This document shows, one piece after another, positions 15,104-20,787 of a DNA stretch of 20,787 nucleotides. This DNA comes from a virus (taxonomy: Duplodnaviria > Heunggongvirae > Uroviricota > Caudoviricetes). The stretch lies in the IMG/VR virus record IMGVR_UViG_2541047861_000013; one strand, written 5' to 3'. The notes beneath the pieces were generated by a model that worked only from the letters and a program-made list of their open reading frames with translations, was not told the origin of the DNA and did not search any database. The translations under genes and the position numbers were made by a program. Within the stretch, counting starts at the first letter, position 1; each line of letters begins with the position of its first letter.

Positions 15104-15688
15104 ATGAAAAGTATCCAGGACGTCCGCAGGCAAAATCTCAACGACTTGATCGACCGTGAATTCAATGGTGTTCAGACGCGGATGGCAGAAAAACTTGGAA
15201 CTCAGGCAAATCTGGTAAACCGCTGGGCTCTTGGCAAGAAGGTTATCGGCGACCAGGTTGCGCGAAAAATTGAAGCTGCCGCCAATAAACCCCGTAACTG
15301 GCTTGATATCGATCGCTCGCTTTCTCAGGAAGGTTTTCAGCCTGTCGGCCCAAGCGACATTGGTCAGCTGGCGGCTCACAACCTGGAACGCTGGATGAGC
15401 GAAAGCCGCGACCTTTCAACACAGGGAAAACTTCACCGCGCATCCGGCGTCGCCCAGGTGACAATCAGCCGCCTGTTAAACAATGAGGTCAGCGTTTCCA
15501 TTTCCACCCTGGAGAATGTTGCATCCGCATTCGGGCGTCACGGCTATGAATTACTGATTCACCCGCACGACCCTGCGACTATCAACTATGACCGCTCGCG
15601 CTACGCATTGTTACCCGAAACAGAGAAGGCAAAGATCGAAAGTTACATTGAATTTGTCATCAGCCAGAACGAAAAAAACAAACAATAA
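15104..15688 (+). CDS. Phage repressor, CI-equivalent, with two HTH (XRE-type) regions and no LexA-like peptidase domain
   Basis: N-terminal HTH (GVQTRMAEKLGTQANLVNRWALGKK) and a second HTH-like segment (ASGVAQVTISRLLNNEVSVSISTLENVASAFG); no Ser/Lys autoprotease signature; divergent from the Cro-like gene. Confidence 0.65.
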   Translation: MKSIQDVRRQNLNDLIDREFNGVQTRMAEKLGTQANLVNRWALGKKVIGDQVARKIEAAANKPRNWLDIDRSLSQEGFQPVGPSDIGQLAAHNLERWMSESRDLSTQGKLHRASGVAQVTISRLLNNEVSVSISTLENVASAFGRHGYELLIHPHDPATINYDRSRYALLPETEKAKIESYIEFVISQNEKNKQ

Positions 15689-15708
15689 AATCATATTTTT
15701 CAGTAAGT

Positions 15709-15733
15709 AAGCCGCCTCATGGCGGCTTTTTTA
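15709..15733 (+). terminator. Intrinsic terminator after the repressor gene
   Basis: GCCGCC-tcat-GGCGGC followed by TTTTTTA. Confidence 0.6.
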
Positions 15734-15745
15734 TTGCCAGCAAGA

Positions 15746-15822
15746 TTACCTTATGGGTAATTTTTTTAACTCATATCTATTGACATCAAACCAGATACGC
15801 ATAATCATTACCTCAACGGTAA
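15746..15822 (+). promoter_or_regulatory. Left-promoter-like region: TTGACA promoter flanked by two perfect operator sites
   Basis: TTACCTTATGGGTAA (15746-15760), -35 TTGACA (15780-15785), TTACCTCAACGGTAA (15808-15822); the -10 is ambiguous (CATAAT at 14-bp spacing or TAATCA at 16 bp). Confidence 0.55.
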
Positions 15823-15841
15823 CAGACCGAGGTAACAAATT

Positions 15842-15994
15842 ATGCAGTGGAAAATCATCAACGGTTGGTACTGCGTTACTGCATGCGGATTCATGAGCTG
15901 GAAGTTCCGCACCTTACAGGAAGGCATTAAGTGGGCTTTCGTCAGCAAAGAAGCTCGCGATGTGGCCAACGATAACGAGATATGGGAGGGCTGA
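15842..15994 (+). CDS. Hypothetical 50-aa protein, first ORF of the early-left operon
   Basis: ATG at 15842 with GAGGT 9 nt upstream; MQWKIINGWYCVTACGFMSWKF...; below the track's size cutoff. Confidence 0.3.
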   Translation: MQWKIINGWYCVTACGFMSWKFRTLQEGIKWAFVSKEARDVANDNEIWEG

Positions 15995-15996
15995 TA

Positions 15997-16296
15997 ATGA
16001 ACGTTAATCAGCAGAAAAATCTTCAAAAAATCATGCAGGCATTCGACAAGGACTACCACCTGTCAGAACAGCTATATGACCGACAAGTTGAACTGATTGA
16101 GAGCATCCGACTTCATCAACTGTCATCAACTTTCGACGTTGTAACAGGCAAAGGCGTTCGTCAGGAAGTACTGGAGGCTGCTAAAGACAGCCCTGAGTTC
16201 GAAGAACTGATGGATGCCTATCGGCGAGAGGCAATGGCAATTATCGCCCGCTGGGATCTGGCGGATCAGCTTGATGGACAGAAGGACGCGGCATGA
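15997..16296 (+). CDS. Hypothetical protein (99 aa) immediately upstream of the exonuclease gene
   Basis: ATG at 15997 with GGGAGGG SD 6 nt upstream; stop overlaps the exonuclease start (ATGA). Confidence 0.45.
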   Translation: MNVNQQKNLQKIMQAFDKDYHLSEQLYDRQVELIESIRLHQLSSTFDVVTGKGVRQEVLEAAKDSPEFEELMDAYRREAMAIIARWDLADQLDGQKDAA

Positions 16297-17114
16297 AACC
16301 GGGAATTTATTTCGGCATCAGCAACGAAGACTACCACGCAGGTGACGGCGTGAGTAAGTCGCAACTGGACATGGTTGCCAAGAATCCGGCGCTTCTTAAA
16401 TGGGTTCAGGCAGCACCAGAAGACGAAGAGAAAAAGTCTGCATTGGATATGGGAACCGCATTGCACTGCCTGCTTCTGGAACCTGGAGAATTCGACAAAC
16501 GCTTCATCGTGTCACCGAAATTCGATCGTCGGACAAAACAAGGTAAAGCTGACGAAGAAGCATTTCTTCGTGATGTGGCGGATATGGGTATTACGGTACT
16601 TGATGTCGAGCAGTGGCGAAAACTTGAGCTCATGCGTGATAGCGCAATGGCTCATCCGGCGGCACGCTGGATGTTGGAAGCACCTGGTTACTGCGAAGCA
16701 TCAATGTACTGGAACGATGAAGAGACGGGTGAGTTGTGCCGAATTCGTCCAGACAAATGGCTGAACGAGCACAACGTGATCGTCGACGTGAAAAAGGTTG
16801 CAGATATGGACCGTTTTGCACGCCACATCGAGGAATTCCGCTACCACGTGCAGGACGCAATGTACCGCGAAGGCGCAACGAGGGTTACTGGTCAACCGCA
16901 TGGTTTTTTCTTTCTTGCCGTGAGCGAAAGCATTGATTGTGGTCGGTATCCGGTACGCGTGTTCGAGTTGGATGCGCCGGATGTCGATGCCGGGCACGCT
17001 CTGTTCCGCCGGGATCTGAATACCTATCACGAATGCCGCATAAATGATGAATGGGGCGGCGTGGAAATTATTAAACGCCCTGACTGGGCACGTAAACAGG
17101 ATATGTATGTATGA
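16293..17114 (+). CDS. Recombination exonuclease, PD-(D/E)XK family (RecE C-terminal-domain-like)
   Basis: ...CRIRPDKW...IVDVKKV... gives a PD...D.K signature; translationally coupled to the downstream annealing-protein gene (ATGA). Confidence 0.65.
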   Translation: MKPGIYFGISNEDYHAGDGVSKSQLDMVAKNPALLKWVQAAPEDEEKKSALDMGTALHCLLLEPGEFDKRFIVSPKFDRRTKQGKADEEAFLRDVADMGITVLDVEQWRKLELMRDSAMAHPAARWMLEAPGYCEASMYWNDEETGELCRIRPDKWLNEHNVIVDVKKVADMDRFARHIEEFRYHVQDAMYREGATRVTGQPHGFFFLAVSESIDCGRYPVRVFELDAPDVDAGHALFRRDLNTYHECRINDEWGGVEIIKRPDWARKQDMYV

Positions 17115-17992
17115 GCAATGATATCGCAATCACATCACAACCAGGCGCAACTGTAGGCACTGCTGCGGCAATCTTCAGCCCCGAGGGCATGAATCAACTG
17201 GTGCGTTTCGCGGAGTTGATGTCACAAAGCAAAGCGACTGTACCGAAACATCTTGAAGGCAAACCTGCCGATTGCCTGGCGGTGACTATGCAGGCGGCAC
17301 AGTGGGGAATGAACCCTTTCGCCGTGGCGCAGAAAACGCATGTGGTAAACGGAACGTTAGGCTACGAAGCACAGTTGGTAAACGCGGTCGTATCCTCTTC
17401 CAGCCTGCTGGCGACACGCCTGAATTATCGCTGGAGCGGTGACTGGTCGAATGTTAACGGCAAAACAGATAAATCACCGAATCTGACGGTAACTGTGTCA
17501 GCAGTTCTTAAAGGTGAAACAGAACCCCGTGAGCTTACCATCAGTATGGCGCAAGCCGGAGTGCGTAACTCTCCATTGTGGGAACAGGATCCGCGCCAGC
17601 AGCTTGCCTATCTTTGCACGAAACGATGGGCTCGCCTGCACGCTCCTGATGTGCTTCTCGGTGTTTACACCCCTGACGAATTACAGGAAACGGCACCGCG
17701 CGTTGAGCGAGACATTACTCCGCAAACAACTACTGCTGCGGGAATGAACAGTCTGATCAACGCTAAACCAGTGAAAAAGCCTGATGAGCAAACTCGTAAA
17801 GCGGATAGCCGTGATCCAGAAGAAATGCTGATGGCCTTTACCAGCGCAGCGATGAATTACAGCACTGTCTCCGAACTGGATAAGGCTTACAAATACATTG
17901 CACAAAAACTTTCAGATGATGACGAACTGCTGGCAAAAGCCACCGACGTTTACAGCGTTCGTCGGGAAGAATTAAACGAAACATCTATGTAA
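17111..17992 (+). CDS. Single-strand annealing protein, Bet/RecT family
   Basis: C-terminal ...ETAPRVERDITPQ... matches the lambda Bet segment (...QPERDITPVNDE...) from memory; paired with the exonuclease. Confidence 0.65.
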   Translation: MSNDIAITSQPGATVGTAAAIFSPEGMNQLVRFAELMSQSKATVPKHLEGKPADCLAVTMQAAQWGMNPFAVAQKTHVVNGTLGYEAQLVNAVVSSSSLLATRLNYRWSGDWSNVNGKTDKSPNLTVTVSAVLKGETEPRELTISMAQAGVRNSPLWEQDPRQQLAYLCTKRWARLHAPDVLLGVYTPDELQETAPRVERDITPQTTTAAGMNSLINAKPVKKPDEQTRKADSRDPEEMLMAFTSAAMNYSTVSELDKAYKYIAQKLSDDDELLAKATDVYSVRREELNETSM

Positions 17993-18041
17993 CCACCACC
18001 GCGGCGCCACGCGCGCCGCACTGCAACCAAGAGAGGTATTT

Positions 18042-18290
18042 ATGAAAGGTGCATTAGGTAAGAAGGAACTCCTGGCGGTGGTGCCACTGTCATGGAGCAC
18101 TATCGACCGTATGGAGCGCGCAGGGGAATTTCCTAAACGCTGGTATATCACCGATAAACGCTGCGCATGGAACCGTGACGAAGTTGAGCGTTGGCTTGAT
18201 GAACGTCAGGCAGCAAGCCCGGCAGAGTTCCAGGGTAAAAAACCTCCTGTTCAGCAACGTGTATATCGTCCCGTGAGCAACGCTGCATGA
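18042..18290 (+). CDS. AlpA-family DNA-binding protein (putative excisionase/regulator)
   Basis: VPLSWSTIDRMERAGEFPKRWYITDKRCAWNRDEVERWLDER fits the AlpA/Xis-type HTH pattern; GAGAGG SD. Confidence 0.6.
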   Translation: MKGALGKKELLAVVPLSWSTIDRMERAGEFPKRWYITDKRCAWNRDEVERWLDERQAASPAEFQGKKPPVQQRVYRPVSNAA

Positions 18291-18399
18291 GTGCGCTGCT
18301 AAGGCACTGGATCAAATGGTCAGGATGGTACTTATTCCTGGCCTCTGTTTCAGCATGGCTTTATCTGCTGGCATTAATTTTCAGAGAGGGTTGGATTAA

Positions 18400-18699
18400 G
18401 TGAGAAAGTTAAGCCGACTTGAAAAATACCACATGAATAAGGTTTCAATGCGCAGTCCGTCAAAGATTGTCGCCGTTACTCCTGCGGCGATAGAGATCGA
18501 AAAACGCGCGATTGAAAGAGAGAAAAAAGGGCAGTTCCGCATTGCCGCTCACCTTTGGCTTCAGTGTATGGATGTTGCTTCTGGTGATGTTGAACGTGCA
18601 AGGATCGCGGTTCGCAGGGACCAATGTATCACAAAAGGTAACGGCCTTCGCCGTGGCGACTATAGCGGCATAGGATGTTGTGGGGTGGTTTATGACTAA
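18400..18699 (+). CDS. Hypothetical protein (99 aa, GTG start) translationally coupled to the methyltransferase
   Basis: GAGAGGG SD 9 nt before the GTG; its stop TAA overlaps the methyltransferase start (ATGACTAA). Confidence 0.4.
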   Translation: MRKLSRLEKYHMNKVSMRSPSKIVAVTPAAIEIEKRAIEREKKGQFRIAAHLWLQCMDVASGDVERARIAVRRDQCITKGNGLRRGDYSGIGCCGVVYD

Positions 18700-19342
18700 G
18701 AAATACACACTAATCTATGCAGATCCACCCTGGGTATACCGGGACAAAGCCGCAGATGGTAATCGCGGTGCCGGTTTTAAATATCCAGTTATGAGTGTGC
18801 TGGATATCTGCCGCCTTCCTGTGTGGGATTTGACCGCTGAAAACTGTCTGTTGGCCATGTGGTGGGTGCCAACACAACCACTCGAAGCACTAAAAGTTGT
18901 TGAAGCCTGGGGATTTCGTCTGATGACGATGAAGGGCTTCACGTGGATAAAATGTGGTAGTCGACAACCAGATAAACTGGTTATGGGTATGGGACACATG
19001 ACTCGCGCCAATAGTGAAGATTGCCTGTTTGCGGTAAAGGGAAAACTACCTACGCGCATTAATGCAGGGATCGTTCAGTCATTTACCGCACCGCGGCTTG
19101 AGCATTCAAGAAAGCCAGATATCGTTCGTGAAAAACTTGTGCAATTATTAGGCGATGTTTCTCGCATTGAACTGTTCGCCCGCCAGACGTCTCATGGCTT
19201 CGATGTTTGGGGTAATCAGTGCGAAGACCCGGCAGTGCAACTACACCCTGGATACGCGTTGGATATTGGCGGATTAACAAATGCATTCAGCAATGCTCCG
19301 CTGTCACCAACAGACATCCAGGGGCGGGAGCGTGCTGCATGA
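18692..19342 (+). CDS. MT-A70-family DNA N6-adenine methyltransferase
   Basis: N-terminal ...YTLIYADPPW... (DPPW catalytic motif); start set at the ATG at 18692 rather than the track's upstream GTG. Confidence 0.8.
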   Translation: MTKKYTLIYADPPWVYRDKAADGNRGAGFKYPVMSVLDICRLPVWDLTAENCLLAMWWVPTQPLEALKVVEAWGFRLMTMKGFTWIKCGSRQPDKLVMGMGHMTRANSEDCLFAVKGKLPTRINAGIVQSFTAPRLEHSRKPDIVREKLVQLLGDVSRIELFARQTSHGFDVWGNQCEDPAVQLHPGYALDIGGLTNAFSNAPLSPTDIQGRERAA

Positions 19343-19533
19343 ACAGGGCATCACCAGCAGATTTAAGAAAATGCCTTGAAACTGCAAACATGCTTGCACA
19401 CAGCGGGATCAGGTTTGTTCCAATTCCCGCTGTCACTGATGCTGAATTTGCAACACTGTCAGCAATATTCGAAAACAAAATTGAATCACTGGCAGCAGAA
19501 GCAGAGATGGAAGAAAATCAGCAGAACTATTAA
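19339..19533 (+). CDS. Hypothetical protein (64 aa)
   Basis: ATG at 19339 overlaps the methyltransferase stop (ATGA); converges on the integrase 3' end with a 3-bp gap. Confidence 0.45.
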   Translation: MNRASPADLRKCLETANMLAHSGIRFVPIPAVTDAEFATLSAIFENKIESLAAEAEMEENQQNY

Positions 19534-19536
19534 ACG

Positions 19537-20787
19537 TTATTCCCCCGCCATCCACTTCTCAAACTTCGACGGGGAGAACGGAATCAGATCCGTATGCTCC
19601 CCGTCAATCCATGAATCAATCATATCGGCCCACTGCTGCAACATGTAGGCGCGCTGTCTGGCGTATTCCGCTTTGTTATATACGGCGCGCACACCTTTCT
19701 GCTCATGTGCCAGAGCCTTTTCAATCCAGTCTGAAGGATAACCAGCCTCATGCAACAACGTACTGGCTGTACGGCGCATATCGTGTACGGTGAAGCCCTG
19801 AATATGCTCACCATCTTCATTTATTATTTTCACCGTTCTGTCGATCAGAGAGTTCAGCGCGGCATTAGATAATGGCTTCCGGAAATTGTAACGACCAGGA
19901 ACCAGATATTCACTTCCACCAGCGCACATCTGCAACCCAACCAATATATCCTGTGCCTGTTTAGGCAGGTAAATAACGTGCGCCCGGCTTCCCTTCATGC
20001 GGTCTGAAGGAATTGTCCATGTCCATTTTTTAAAATCTATTTCATCCCACGTTGCATTGGTGAATTCGCCTTTACGAACCATAGTGATAAGCACCAGCTT
20101 TAAAGCCATTTTCATAGTGCCCATAGCACCAATGGCATCCAGCGTGCGGAAGAACAGGCCAATTTCTTCTGGTGTCAGTGTTCGCTCTCGTGGTTTAAAT
20201 ATGGCGATAGACGAAGGTTTAATGTCAGCCGCAGGATTAAACAAACCATGACCACGGTCATTGGCGTGACGGTATACGCTGCTGATGATCTCCCTAGCCT
20301 GTACTGCTGTTGCCCGACCACCGCGTTCGACAATCCGGTCACACAAATCACGAACCATCGATGTGGTAATTTCAGCCATCATTTTGTTACCAAGAACAGG
20401 AAGTATGTCACGGTCGATCACCGCCTGCTTCATTGCGCGGGTACTGTCAGCCAGGATGACGTGTTTCATATAACTGTCGGTATGTACCGCAAACGTCTCG
20501 GCACCACGAATCTTTTTGATACCGTCACGTTTAGCCGCAGCCGGTGACTGGCCTGCTTTAAGCAGCTTCTTTGCAGCAATCAGTTCTTCTCGCGCTTCTG
20601 CCAGGCTGATACCGTCACGCCCATACTGCCCGATTACCAGTGTTTCGCGGCGACCGTTGATACGGTAGTCATAGCGAAACGAGACCGTGCCTGACGTAAG
20701 CACAGCTACATACAGCCCGTCACGATCGGAGACCTTGTACAGTTTGTCCTGCGGCTTGAGGTTTTTTAATTTTGTATCGGTAAGCAC
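19537..20787 (-). CDS. int: Tyrosine integrase (P4-type); N-terminus at or just beyond the right window edge
   Basis: 416 aa in window; N-terminal arm-binding-like region (LTDTKLKNLKP...) and C-terminal catalytic region (...HDMRRTASTLLHEAGYPSDWIEKALAHE...YNKAEY...) with the R...H..R...Y pattern. Confidence 0.9.
   Translation of the reverse strand: MLTDTKLKNLKPQDKLYKVSDRDGLYVAVLTSGTVSFRYDYRINGRRETLVIGQYGRDGISLAEAREELIAAKKLLKAGQSPAAAKRDGIKKIRGAETFAVHTDSYMKHVILADSTRAMKQAVIDRDILPVLGNKMMAEITTSMVRDLCDRIVERGGRATAVQAREIISSVYRHANDRGHGLFNPAADIKPSSIAIFKPRERTLTPEEIGLFFRTLDAIGAMGTMKMALKLVLITMVRKGEFTNATWDEIDFKKWTWTIPSDRMKGSRAHVIYLPKQAQDILVGLQMCAGGSEYLVPGRYNFRKPLSNAALNSLIDRTVKIINEDGEHIQGFTVHDMRRTASTLLHEAGYPSDWIEKALAHEQKGVRAVYNKAEYARQRAYMLQQWADMIDSWIDGEHTDLIPFSPSKFEKWMAGE

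Noticed and set aside
15742-15768. Possible second terminator after the repressor gene (ATTACC-ttatg-GGTAAT plus T-run)
   Set aside because: The stem is the operator palindrome itself and is AT-rich and weak; interpreted as an operator site, not a terminator.
19997-20547. Plus-strand ORFs inside the integrase gene
   Set aside because: Antisense to a high-confidence integrase ORF; no start signals.

Overview
This window reads as one temperate-phage (prophage) segment, mosaic between a lambdoid early region and a podovirus-like (T7 gp11/gp12-type) structural module, cut at its left edge by an IS3-family element. All calls are from reading the sequence and the supplied ORF track by eye; no searches were run, so product names rest on remembered motifs. 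Layout from right to left: a tyrosine integrase (minus strand, runs off the right edge); a plus-strand early-left operon (two small ORFs, PD-(D/E)XK exonuclease, Bet/RecT-like annealing protein, AlpA/Xis-like protein, a 99-codon ORF coupled to an MT-A70 adenine methyltransferase, a 64-codon ORF); an immunity switch with a dual-HTH repressor (+) and Cro-like gene (-); lambda O/P-type replication genes with iterons inside the O-like gene; a nin-like block of small genes; terminase small and large subunits; an opposite-strand insert carrying tRNA-Arg(UCU) and an AT-rich 140-codon ORF; then portal, scaffold, major capsid and tail-tube genes. No lysis genes and no N- or Q-like antiterminators were recognised. 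A 15-bp palindromic motif TTACC-N5-GGTAA recurs at six regulatory positions, suggesting direct repressor control of several operons. The best candidates for an undescribed accessory system are the tRNA-linked moron between terminase and portal and the integrase-proximal cluster around the methyltransferase; neither protein function could be identified from sequence alone.
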